Under the pieces are notes generated by a model. That model was given only the letters and a program-made list of their open reading frames with translations. It was not told where the DNA came from and made no database searches. 64,000 nt of DNA from a virus (Duplodnaviria; Caudoviricetes): the IMG/VR virus record IMGVR_UViG_3300011337_000669. One strand, written 5' to 3'. This document shows positions 46,259 to 54,927 of this stretch, one piece after another. How positions within the stretch are numbered: position 1 is the stretch's first letter; every line of letters starts with the position of its first letter. A program made the translations under genes and the position numbers.

Positions 46259-47034
46259 GTGGATAAATATACATTCGGAACATATAAAAATAAAGGAGAA
46301 TCATTGTGCCAACAATGTATCCACACACTGACATTCTGTCTGTAGGGGGCAACATGGTGAATACCGACCGAAGGTTGGGGAAAACTTTTTCCATTGTGGA
46401 TAAATAAATAGGGGGAAAAACTTGACTTTGTCATAATGTCAGGGGAGCGTTACATGGGGGATAATCCCTTTGAGGGGTTTTGGGTCCCCCACTCTTTACC
46501 ACTTTCCCCCACCATTAGTACTGAATTCATGGCTGGTTATAGTGTAGTGACCACTTTTTTCCCCCTGACGATAGTGTGAAGACCATATTTTTACTATACG
46601 TAAAACCTAGCAAAAAAAGGAATAGTAAGTGTAACCCCGCGTGAGTGAACGTAGTGAACCTTTAACCCCCCCTTCAACGAATCCCATAGGTTATTATGGT
46701 TCATATGACCTGACTATTATTGTCCCCTTCAACGACATATCGTAGATGGTGGGAGAATGTGGGAGTTATACCTGATGGGGTTTAATTGTTTACCGAAGGT
46801 ATTGTTTTGTACCCCATAGGGTATAGGACTATATGTGAAATAATATATGTTAATTCGGATCCCCACCGAATAGGTGGTGCTTATTTAACATCTCACCTTC
46901 ACACAATATCACCATGTCATTCGATGTCCTGTCATTTGGCGGGGGACAATAGTTAGGCGGGGACAGTTTGTCCCCATGTATAACTCTCCAAATGTGTGTT
47001 AAAAAATGAGTTTTGGAAGATTATACAACAAGAG

Positions 47035-47129
47035 AGAGAATGAGGAATTAATGAACGAATGAAATGGTCGGGAACACGACAGTGTTCCTCATCCGACCAT
47101 GGAGTGAGTGAATTAATTCCTCATTCTCT
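47035..47129. repeat. long nested palindrome
   Basis: Perfect 18-bp outer stem, 11x11 purine-rich internal loop, 8-bp and 6-bp inner stems. Confidence 0.85.
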
Positions 47130-47172
47130 ATAATATAAAAACCCCCACCTTTTGGGTGAGGGGATAAAATCT

Positions 47173-47829
47173 TTAGAAACTATAGCCGATTCCGACATTA
47201 ACTGAAGTAAATTTAGAAATAACCAATCCACCTCGGAAGATAAACGAGTCACTTAAATTCTTCATGTATCCGAAAGTAACATAAGGAGTTATTTTCCTCT
47301 CGTTAATATCTTTCGATTCTACATATGTTTCGATATTCGGAGTTGGATTGGTAGAAAGTTTAGGAACCGAAGGTGTTCCAATCGACCCTATCGACCCTTG
47401 GGTAGAAACATAAGTAACATTACTTTGTTGAGGTGTAACTATTTTCTCCATTAAAACATTCTCGAGGCCTAAAGAAAGGCTGGATTGTATTCCCCCTCCT
47501 ATATAAATTCCTTCTTTGTTTTTATAAAACATACCGAAACTATTGGAAACTCCACGCTCAATCCATTTTCCTACTTTTCCATTGATGTAATTTTGTGGAT
47601 AAATGTCATTCGTGACAGTCGCAGTCCTGATATATTCAAAACCAATGTTGTTATACTCTACCCATCCACCATAAGCAAAACCAGTAGACCAATTCATATC
47701 CCCCATCATAAGTGGGGCACCAAACATAGGCCCGATAGAACCTACAGGTGATACAGTAACTGAATGTTGTTGAGAAAAGGATGCGATGGTGATAAACCAT
47801 AGAAGTACAATAAAGAAAATCTTTTTCAT
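47173..47829 (-). CDS. predicted outer-membrane beta-barrel protein
   Basis: Sec signal MKKIFFIVLLWFITIASFS; alternating aromatic/Gly strands; C-terminal VNVGIGYSF. Confidence 0.75.
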   Translation of the reverse strand: MKKIFFIVLLWFITIASFSQQHSVTVSPVGSIGPMFGAPLMMGDMNWSTGFAYGGWVEYNNIGFEYIRTATVTNDIYPQNYINGKVGKWIERGVSNSFGMFYKNKEGIYIGGGIQSSLSLGLENVLMEKIVTPQQSNVTYVSTQGSIGSIGTPSVPKLSTNPTPNIETYVESKDINERKITPYVTFGYMKNLSDSFIFRGGLVISKFTSVNVGIGYSF

Positions 47830-47961
47830 GTGTGTTTGTTTATGTTTGAATTACAAAGGAACTAAAAAAATTCGACTAATCCAAAAATTATGAAAAAAAT
47901 ATCGTGGATAATCTTCACAATTATTTAATATGGTGTGAGTTTCTTTATTCTATTTATTGGT

Positions 47962-48660
47962 ATGATAAAAGACTTACTAACAATCGTTATACCTTCTAAG
48001 AATGAATCAGAGTTAATTGATTTGACTTTGAGTTTATTAAACAAACAAGAAGATATATCAGGTACAAAAGTTATTATTGCCGATTCATCTGATGATTCTA
48101 CAAGAGACATTATATTATCAGGAGACCACAGTAATTTGAACATTACCATTATTGATGGTGGCTATCCGAGCGTTGCAAGAAACAAGGGTGCCATGATGTC
48201 CACAACCCCTTATATATTATTCTTGGATGCTGATATATACTTAATTGATAATACCACCATAAGAGAGTGTACGAGTATTATACAGAAAGATTCGTTGGAG
48301 TTGGTAACATGTAAGTTTAGATGTGAAGGAAGATACGCATTTGTTTTCCCCGTTTTTGAATTCTTTAGAGATTTATCGATTAAATATTCCCCTTGTGCTA
48401 TTGGAGGTTTTATGTTATTTGAGTTTGAATCCTTTATGAGAGTCGGAGGGTTTGATGATGAAGATAAATTTGCTGAGGACTTTCACCTCAGTAGTAAAAT
48501 TCCACCTGAATCTTTTAAGGTAGTAAATAAAAAGATATATACTACAGATAGAAGATTTAAGAAGAAGGGATTATTTTATATGGTTAGGGTAGCCATTTTA
48601 TCCATAATGAATAAAAGCAATCCTGCGTTTTTCAGATATGACCACAACTACTGGCTATAA
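47962..48660 (+). CDS. glycosyltransferase family 2
   Basis: IVIPSKNE, IIADSSDD, ARNKGA, FLDAD, EDFHLS. Confidence 0.9.
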   Translation: MIKDLLTIVIPSKNESELIDLTLSLLNKQEDISGTKVIIADSSDDSTRDIILSGDHSNLNITIIDGGYPSVARNKGAMMSTTPYILFLDADIYLIDNTTIRECTSIIQKDSLELVTCKFRCEGRYAFVFPVFEFFRDLSIKYSPCAIGGFMLFEFESFMRVGGFDDEDKFAEDFHLSSKIPPESFKVVNKKIYTTDRRFKKKGLFYMVRVAILSIMNKSNPAFFRYDHNYWL

Positions 48661-49363
48661 ATGTGTGGTCTTATCCGATCTACACTTGGGTATGAATGAC
48701 TGCAAACCTAAACGTATTCTTGAGTTCCTTGATAAAGTTGATACAGACCTTATCATTCTTAATGGTGATATTATTGATATCGATGCACTTCGTCGTGGTA
48801 GCAAGTGGAAGGATAAACATATGAAGGTCCTTATTAAGTTATTGGATATGTCCCGCCATACAGAGATTATCTATATCAGAGGGAACCACGATAACGATGT
48901 GAAAGATCTATACAACAGCATCCTCGGGAATATTAAATTCATGGATGAATATGTGTATTCTGCTGGTAATAAGAAGTATCTCGTATTCCATGGTGATAAG
49001 ATTGATATCACAACCAAATATAAATTGCTTACTCAAATTGGTTCCATAGGTTATGATATTGCCCTTCGTCTTAATACATGGTATAACAGGTATCGAGAAT
49101 TCACAGGCAAACCATATTACAGCATTTCTAAAGTAATTAAGGAAAACTTTAAGAATGCCGTTTCATTCATTAACGACTTCGAGGTGAATGCCTGTGATTA
49201 TGCTAAGACCCTTAATTGCGACGGTGCTATCATCGGGCATATTCATATACCCTCCATCAAAATAATTAATGGAATGGAATACTACAACTCAGGTGATTGG
49301 GTGGAAAACTTCTCCGCCCTTGTTCTTACTCAGGATAATGAATGGAAGTTAATCAATTCCTAA
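48638..49363 (+). CDS. LpxH-like UDP-2,3-diacylglucosamine hydrolase family metallophosphoesterase
   Basis: SDLHLG, LNGDIID, RGNHD, FHGD, GHIH, NSGDWVE. Confidence 0.88.
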   Translation: MTTTTGYKCVVLSDLHLGMNDCKPKRILEFLDKVDTDLIILNGDIIDIDALRRGSKWKDKHMKVLIKLLDMSRHTEIIYIRGNHDNDVKDLYNSILGNIKFMDEYVYSAGNKKYLVFHGDKIDITTKYKLLTQIGSIGYDIALRLNTWYNRYREFTGKPYYSISKVIKENFKNAVSFINDFEVNACDYAKTLNCDGAIIGHIHIPSIKIINGMEYYNSGDWVENFSALVLTQDNEWKLINS

Positions 49364-49406
49364 CCATATCTTGTCAATCTCATTCTTATTCCGTACCTTT
49401 GGAACC

Positions 49407-49760
49407 ATGAAGAAGACCTTAAGACTTAAGAGAGTAATGATGGCGTACTTGGATTCGATGTATCCTGGAATTTATCTATTGAAGTTAGATCGCTTGGGTG
49501 ATGTGGTGGAGAATTTTGATAAAGATCCACAGGGGAATTGGTTTGAGGATAGAAGAGTCGGTAGATCGAGAAATAGTTGGTTTGATATGAGGGAAGAAAT
49601 CATCCGCAGATTGGAATTGATGTTCTCTATAGATTATATCACCGCTGACACCGTATTAAATGATTGGGTGAACTGTAGACCTAAGTATAAGTATGTCAGA
49701 AACTCTATGACCGAGCAAGTCCTTGTTCGCGTGGAGGAAAAAACTCATATGACATTGTAA
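49407..49760 (+). CDS. hypothetical protein
   Basis: TACCTTTG at 49394-49401; MFSI..LNDWV family motif. Confidence 0.75.
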   Translation: MKKTLRLKRVMMAYLDSMYPGIYLLKLDRLGDVVENFDKDPQGNWFEDRRVGRSRNSWFDMREEIIRRLELMFSIDYITADTVLNDWVNCRPKYKYVRNSMTEQVLVRVEEKTHMTL

Positions 49761-49763
49761 CTA

Positions 49764-49802
49764 TCATATGCCGGGTTCGATTACCCCCGACCCCCTTTTT
49801 TA
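49764..49802 (+). repeat. TCATATGCCGGG..TCGATTA..CCCC.ACCCCCTTTTTT element, copy A
   Basis: Near-identical to 50139-50177; 3' part matches reverse complement of the 40-44 kb repeats. Confidence 0.8.
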
Positions 49803-49822
49803 TTTTATCGATATTTATTACT

Positions 49823-50134
49823 ATGAAGTATATCATATCTGAACAAAGATTAGGAAGAATAATAAACAGGTACTTAGATGACTTGGGGTTTACAGAAGGA
49901 AATGATGATGCCGATGGGTTTGATATAATGCGCGGTGATAATCAAGTGATGGCTTTCCGTAATGAAGAAGAGAGATTATATATTAGTACTGATTTAATTA
50001 GAGATGTAAGAGACCTTTTTGGATTACCCCAAAAAGAAAGTATGAACTATATCAGGAATTGGTTTCAGGATGAATATAATACACGAGCAAGGACAATGTG
50101 GTTGTTATTTCCTGACGAACCATTCACCTATTAA
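49823..50134 (+). CDS. leader-family small protein (MKYIISEQRL)
   Basis: TATTTAT at 49812-49818; DLFGL..IRNWF. Confidence 0.8.
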   Translation: MKYIISEQRLGRIINRYLDDLGFTEGNDDADGFDIMRGDNQVMAFRNEEERLYISTDLIRDVRDLFGLPQKESMNYIRNWFQDEYNTRARTMWLLFPDEPFTY

Positions 50135-50138
50135 TCTG

Positions 50139-50177
50139 TCATATGCCGGGGTCGATTATCCCCCAACCCCCTTTTTT
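50139..50177 (+). repeat. TCATATGCCGGG element, copy B
   Basis: Near-identical to 49764-49802. Confidence 0.8.
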
Positions 50178-50197
50178 ATTTCCTTATATTTATCTAT

Positions 50198-50461
50198 ATG
50201 AAATATATTATCTCCGAAAGCCGACTCGAAGGTATCATGACCGAATACTTGGATTATGATGATAGTTTGGTAATCGCGGATCCGATTTATGATGATAACG
50301 ATCCACATTGGACTGAATATATGTTCTACAACTATGACGATGAAGACTTGTGGGTCAATAATCAATTTATTGATGAATTCAGCTATTTGTTTCATAAAGA
50401 GTATGACGAATCTCTCTCATTTATAAAAGACTGGTTCAAAAAAGAATTCAATCTAAAATGA
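50198..50461 (+). CDS. leader-family small protein (MKYIISESRL)
   Basis: TATTTAT at 50187-50193; ESLSFIKDWF. Confidence 0.8.
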   Translation: MKYIISESRLEGIMTEYLDYDDSLVIADPIYDDNDPHWTEYMFYNYDDEDLWVNNQFIDEFSYLFHKEYDESLSFIKDWFKKEFNLK

Positions 50462-50742
50462 AATACATTATATCTGAAAGCCGACTCGAAAAAATCATGA
50501 CTGAATACTTGGATTCTTATTTTCTAAGTAAGGATATTATTGATAACCAAGCAGGTATTGCTGTGTATGATGATGAGGAGGAATATTTACAGTATTTCCC
50601 AAGAAAAAAAGAGTTATTCATATTGAACGAATTCTTGGATGAGTTCGAATCGGTGTTTAACCTTAGTCGAAACGAATCACTTAGATTCATCACCAAGTGG
50701 TTCGAGAATGAATTTCACGTTAAAGTATACCAATCAGGGTAA
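50458..50742 (+). CDS. leader-family small protein (MKYIISESRL), tandem paralog
   Basis: First ~20 codons nearly identical to 50198; ESLRFITKWF. Confidence 0.8.
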   Translation: MKYIISESRLEKIMTEYLDSYFLSKDIIDNQAGIAVYDDEEEYLQYFPRKKELFILNEFLDEFESVFNLSRNESLRFITKWFENEFHVKVYQSG

Positions 50743-50749
50743 TTGGTTT

Positions 50750-51679
50750 CTACCCAACATATTTTTTAGCACCACGTGTATATAACGTCACAAACTTCTC
50801 TAACAATTCCTTGTCACTATTTATTAAATTACGAAGTCCGTCTTCTAATTCATTCATCTGTGGAACATGGGTATCAGCATAATCCATAGGTATTACACTT
50901 ACAATCCCCGAGTATATCGCTCTATCTAAGTATGTTTGAAAGTCAGGCATGAATGATGGCATGTACCAATCTGCAGCTAGAATAACTGCATCGATAAGTT
51001 CGGGCATTCTTCTTTTGAGATATGGATTTACTGATTCATCTATCTTTAGTTTGTTTCTCTTTTCGTAGATGGACTTCATCTTCTTTAACAATGTTTCATT
51101 ACTAAGTATGAGTTTTTTCATCATGTCTTCCAAATACTCCAACTTTGTGGTATCAGAATCAAAATAATCTTCAGGTAGTTCAGTTACAATTCCCGAATAT
51201 ATCGATTGTTCCAAAAATGTATCAAAAGTCATGGTGTGCTTGTTGGGATTATAGTATGACGCCGATTCAAAAACCGAATCAATCAATTCAGGTAATCTCC
51301 TTCTAATAGATATTGGAGAATCCCCTTCATTCATTATTTCTAAATCGAGTTTACTAATGAAGATTTGTTTTAGTGTCTGAAGTAATTCCTTATCATTGTT
51401 GATTGTTTTTAATAAGACTTTTTCAATTTCACCTAACTCTTCGCTGGTCAAATCATAATCTTCAATAACATTTCTTATTGAATAAAATATTGTCCTATCT
51501 AAGAAATTCTTGAAATAATTCTCATCGAATTCTCTGTCACTTCTAACAAATATTTCGTTAGCGGTATCAACAACTGCATTAAGAAACTCAGGAAGTCTCC
51601 TTCTTAAATAAGGATTAAGAAAACCTTCATTAATCCCCATGACCTCCTTGATTCTATCTATGTCTTCTTGTAAATTCAT
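50750..51679 (-). CDS. leader (MNLQEDIDRIKEVMGINE) plus three tandem KRR modules
   Basis: YLRRRLPEF, SIRRRLPEL, YLKRRMPEL each preceded by a (I/M)(N/D)E site. Confidence 0.85.
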   Translation of the reverse strand: MNLQEDIDRIKEVMGINEGFLNPYLRRRLPEFLNAVVDTANEIFVRSDREFDENYFKNFLDRTIFYSIRNVIEDYDLTSEELGEIEKVLLKTINNDKELLQTLKQIFISKLDLEIMNEGDSPISIRRRLPELIDSVFESASYYNPNKHTMTFDTFLEQSIYSGIVTELPEDYFDSDTTKLEYLEDMMKKLILSNETLLKKMKSIYEKRNKLKIDESVNPYLKRRMPELIDAVILAADWYMPSFMPDFQTYLDRAIYSGIVSVIPMDYADTHVPQMNELEDGLRNLINSDKELLEKFVTLYTRGAKKYVG

Positions 51680-51683
51680 TTGG

Positions 51684-52325
51684 TTAAATGTTGGAGATAT
51701 AGTGATCGTAAATCTCATCGTATATTGAATGATTCTTTACTAACTCCATTATCTTTGGCTCTAGCACTTCACTTATTTTTAACTGTTCTTCGTGTTCCCC
51801 TCCTATTTCATCGGCAACAAAATCTCTTGTTGCTGAGAATATAACCCTTTCTAAAAAATCATCGAAGTTGTTGAATCTACGTGGTGATAACCAGTCATAT
51901 GAAGCTTCGATATAATCAAGTAAAGCATCCATTCTTCTTTTAACAAGAAGTAATTCTTTAGATTCATTTATGTCTTCAGATTCATCTCTTGTTGGATACT
52001 TTTTCGAATCGTAATGTTCTTTGATTTTTCTGAATAACCTTTTATCGTTACGTAATGATACAAAGGCAAATGGGAGTAACTCCTCTATTTCATCTCTTTT
52101 CACAAGAATATCATTAAATTCGAAGAAACCATCTATTGAATGTCTCAATACTAACTTAAGATAGTCTTCAAAACTATCTATGTCTTCTATGAATTCATCC
52201 ATCCACTCGAAAGAAGTAAGGAGAACATCAAGAAATTCATCTTGTCTTCTCTTAAAAAACATATCACGGCTTTCGTTAATCCCCATGACTTCCTTAATCC
52301 TATTTATGTCTTCACGCAAATTCAT
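51684..52325 (-). CDS. leader (MNLREDINRIKEVMGINE) plus two tandem KRR modules
   Basis: FFKRRQDEF, LVKRRMDAL; TATTTAT at 52330-52336. Confidence 0.85.
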   Translation of the reverse strand: MNLREDINRIKEVMGINESRDMFFKRRQDEFLDVLLTSFEWMDEFIEDIDSFEDYLKLVLRHSIDGFFEFNDILVKRDEIEELLPFAFVSLRNDKRLFRKIKEHYDSKKYPTRDESEDINESKELLLVKRRMDALLDYIEASYDWLSPRRFNNFDDFLERVIFSATRDFVADEIGGEHEEQLKISEVLEPKIMELVKNHSIYDEIYDHYISNI

Positions 52326-52381
52326 ATAGATAAATATAAAGAAAATGAAAAACCCCCACCTTTTGGGTGAGGGTTTCATTA

Positions 52382-53248
52382 TTATAATTGACTTTCTGCC
52401 GTGACTTTGACGTTGGATAACATCCATCCCGCGTCACATAGTTGGTCACTGTAACAATTTCCCGTGAACCACGGAGTTGATGACGGTCCTTTAGGTGAGT
52501 ATCCTTCCCAATATGAAGGTGTTATCCACCATCCTTTTTCCATACTAGATTTTAATGTGGACATATCTATTGTTGTACCATCTGCTCCACCATCTGCCAA
52601 TACATCATATATTACAGCACTATTTCCGTTTTGTGAAACAGATATTGTCATATTAGTATAATCAGAATTAAACACTATGGTCATGTCAAATGGTTTAGTG
52701 ATATCTAATACATCTACTAAATTATGTGTACCTTTGGATGGGTTATCACTCATATTTGATGGAGTATAACAATCATCATTCAACGCCCCGCTTGTATACG
52801 AATACTCAAATCTTTGTTGATTATTTAAATGAATTGTTTGTTGGAATATTCTATTTCCGTTTGTTTCCATAAAATCAATCTCATTACAATATGGAGAACC
52901 TGCATTTCCTGCATCACAATAGTTAGTTCCTTTAGGTTGAACTGAATTGTTAACCATGTAAAAAGAAGCGTTTAACCAATTGTTCTTTTGTACGCTGTTT
53001 GGTGCCAATCCTGACAAATCAATTGTTGCAGTAATTTTGGATATGTTCTTATATCCATGAGTTGACACAACCCGACCTGGATTAAATGTAACACTTGAAT
53101 CTGTAATAACAGGATCGAGTGTTGGATTACACCAATCACTAACCCAATCTTCTTCAAATGTAACATCATACGTTGTATTCGTAACAGTTTTTGGTTGACA
53201 TCCGAATACCAATAATACCATTAAACCAAGGATAAATAATTTTTTCAT
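52382..53248 (-). CDS. lipoprotein with GH7/GH16-like (clan B) glycoside hydrolase domain
   Basis: LVFGC lipobox; YCDA..CNEIDFMETN (ExDxxE); DITKPF; LSNVKV. Confidence 0.7.
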   Translation of the reverse strand: MKKLFILGLMVLLVFGCQPKTVTNTTYDVTFEEDWVSDWCNPTLDPVITDSSVTFNPGRVVSTHGYKNISKITATIDLSGLAPNSVQKNNWLNASFYMVNNSVQPKGTNYCDAGNAGSPYCNEIDFMETNGNRIFQQTIHLNNQQRFEYSYTSGALNDDCYTPSNMSDNPSKGTHNLVDVLDITKPFDMTIVFNSDYTNMTISVSQNGNSAVIYDVLADGGADGTTIDMSTLKSSMEKGWWITPSYWEGYSPKGPSSTPWFTGNCYSDQLCDAGWMLSNVKVTAESQL

Positions 53249-53260
53249 AGTTGTGTTTTA

Positions 53261-53599
53261 TCAGAAAACTCTTAAGAAATGTCCTGCGAGTGCTAACAAT
53301 CCAACAATGATTGGAACGTAGGTTTTTGATCCACCCATAAGTGATAAGTGCATTACGACCGCAGCACTCATGAATGATGCGATTAAAATTGCTCCGAACA
53401 ATGATGTAGTCGGAATCAAAAGTAATACAACTCCTAATAATTCACCTAATCCTGTAACAACTCTATACTTCTCTAACTTCATGAATGCGAAGTTCCCCAC
53501 CATTTCTTGTGTTCCAACAAGTTTATCGATTGCACCTTTTCCTAAAAAGAGTGCTGTGATTACGGATAGTACCCATCCGATAATTGATAAAATTTCCAT
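53261..53599 (-). CDS. DoxX-family membrane protein
   Basis: AIDKL, GLGELLGVVLLLIP, AVVMH; four TM segments. Confidence 0.8.
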   Translation of the reverse strand: MEILSIIGWVLSVITALFLGKGAIDKLVGTQEMVGNFAFMKLEKYRVVTGLGELLGVVLLLIPTTSLFGAILIASFMSAAVVMHLSLMGGSKTYVPIIVGLLALAGHFLRVF

Positions 53600-53633
53600 A
53601 GTTTTGTTTTTTATATTTTTTTGTTAATTTTTC

Positions 53634-53858
53634 TTATTCTTCGACATCTTCCTCCTCATCTATTTCTCCACTACAACGGTATTCAACCTCATCTCTGTAT
53701 GAAGTGACATCTTGCTGGTGTTCCACACCATCGCATTCGTCCCAAGGACAATCTTCAACTATTTGTAACGCTTCTTCTTCTGTTTCAGCCTCAACGTGAA
53801 GGGTCCACGCCTCTTCCACATATCTCTCTGCAATAATGATAAATTTCTTCTTTGCCAT
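53634..53858 (-). CDS. small acidic protein, tandem paralog
   Basis: MAKKKFIIIAERY..AW..V.AE..EEAL.IVEDCP. Confidence 0.75.
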   Translation of the reverse strand: MAKKKFIIIAERYVEEAWTLHVEAETEEEALQIVEDCPWDECDGVEHQQDVTSYRDEVEYRCSGEIDEEEDVEE

Positions 53859-53865
53859 AACTTTT

Positions 53866-54120
53866 TTATTTTTTATATTTTTCTTCTAATTTTTTTAATT
53901 CTTCTTCATTCAAATCTTGTTCGTCATCTAATGAATATTCAATGTCATATGAATCAGTATAAACATTTTCATCATCGTGGTGATAGATATCATCGCATTC
54001 TCCATCAGGACAATTTTCAACTAATTCTAATGCGTCATCGTAATTTTCTGCCAAAACACTATATGTCCACGCGTGGACATATGTCCTTTCCGCAATAATT
54101 GTAAACTTTTTCTTTGCCAT
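53866..54120 (-). CDS. small acidic protein, tandem paralog
   Basis: MAKKKFTIIAERT..AW..V.AE..DDALELVENCP. Confidence 0.75.
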   Translation of the reverse strand: MAKKKFTIIAERTYVHAWTYSVLAENYDDALELVENCPDGECDDIYHHDDENVYTDSYDIEYSLDDEQDLNEEELKKLEEKYKK

Positions 54121-54178
54121 ATTATTATTTTTGTTTAACTGTAAGAATTTATTTCGGTATTGTCAAATAAACACAACC

Positions 54179-54304
54179 CTATTTTCCTCTTAAGAAAAAT
54201 AATACTATTGCTCCGATGATTAGGTATGTCATAAAGTTTGGGATATTGGTCAGCCCCCAAACAATGATGAATCCTACAATTAAAACATTGATTAGTCGTA
54301 ACAT
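54179..54304 (-). CDS. 41-aa membrane protein
   Basis: Manual translation MLRLINVLIVGFIIVWGLTNIPNFMTYLIIGAIVLFFLRGK; TATATTTG at 54330-54337. Confidence 0.55.
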   Translation of the reverse strand: MLRLINVLIVGFIIVWGLTNIPNFMTYLIIGAIVLFFLRGK

Positions 54305-54386
54305 GAGTTATTTTTTTTTAGGTATGCCCCAAATATAAAAAAAAATATCCGAATAAAAAAACCTCATCGATGGTGAGGTTTATATT

Positions 54387-54926
54387 TTATTCTTCAGGTT
54401 TGTATCTTTTAGCCGCGTATAATAAGTTATCAATCCCTGACTTATCAGGATTTGTAATTGAAATGTATTTTATTACATCAGGGTCATTTAGTTTCTTCAA
54501 AAAACTATTGTTTCTACTTTGAGCATAAGTAACATCAGATCTCTTCTTACCTTTAATCCTAATTATCTCCAATTGGTCAATCATCTTCTTATACAACCAA
54601 TATGGAATCTTAATGTAATTGAACCCCTCCATATCTTCAACATCTCCTAATACCTCCACTTGTGATTTTGGTAAATTAAACTTTTGAACATTGAGATTAT
54701 ACTCTTGAGCGTTGTCCATAAAAATTCTGTTTTCACGAGCCATCTCTTTGATGTTCATGATTTGGATGCTATCACCATCTTCTCCTGTAATCATATAGGC
54801 CCCAACAATTGATTTATCCTCAGGAATATAAGTTGTCTTATTAAAATCATAAGACGGATTGACATCTTGTTCTGAAATCATTCCCATCACTTCTTTGATT
54901 CTATGTATATCCTCTTGTAAGTTCAT
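54387..54926 (-). CDS. leader-family protein (MNLQEDIHRIKEVMGMISE)
   Basis: Same leader as 51679 and 52325 but unrelated body. Confidence 0.8.
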   Translation of the reverse strand: MNLQEDIHRIKEVMGMISEQDVNPSYDFNKTTYIPEDKSIVGAYMITGEDGDSIQIMNIKEMARENRIFMDNAQEYNLNVQKFNLPKSQVEVLGDVEDMEGFNYIKIPYWLYKKMIDQLEIIRIKGKKRSDVTYAQSRNNSFLKKLNDPDVIKYISITNPDKSGIDNLLYAAKRYKPEE

Positions 54927-54927
54927 C

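Larger units (their letters stand above)
44833..46403. promoter_or_regulatory. DnaA-box cluster, candidate replication origin or DnaA-titration locus
   Basis: Exact TTATCCACA at 45136 (+), 45358, 46258, 46395 (-); TTATACACA at 45195 (-); one-mismatch boxes at 44833, 45104, 45206, 45238, 45421, 46317. Confidence 0.7.

Noticed and set aside
49771-49790. tRNA T-arm remnant or att site (GGGTTCGATTACCC)
   Set aside because: Second copy reads GGGGTCGATTATCC, there is no acceptor-stem or CCA match, and no integrase is nearby.
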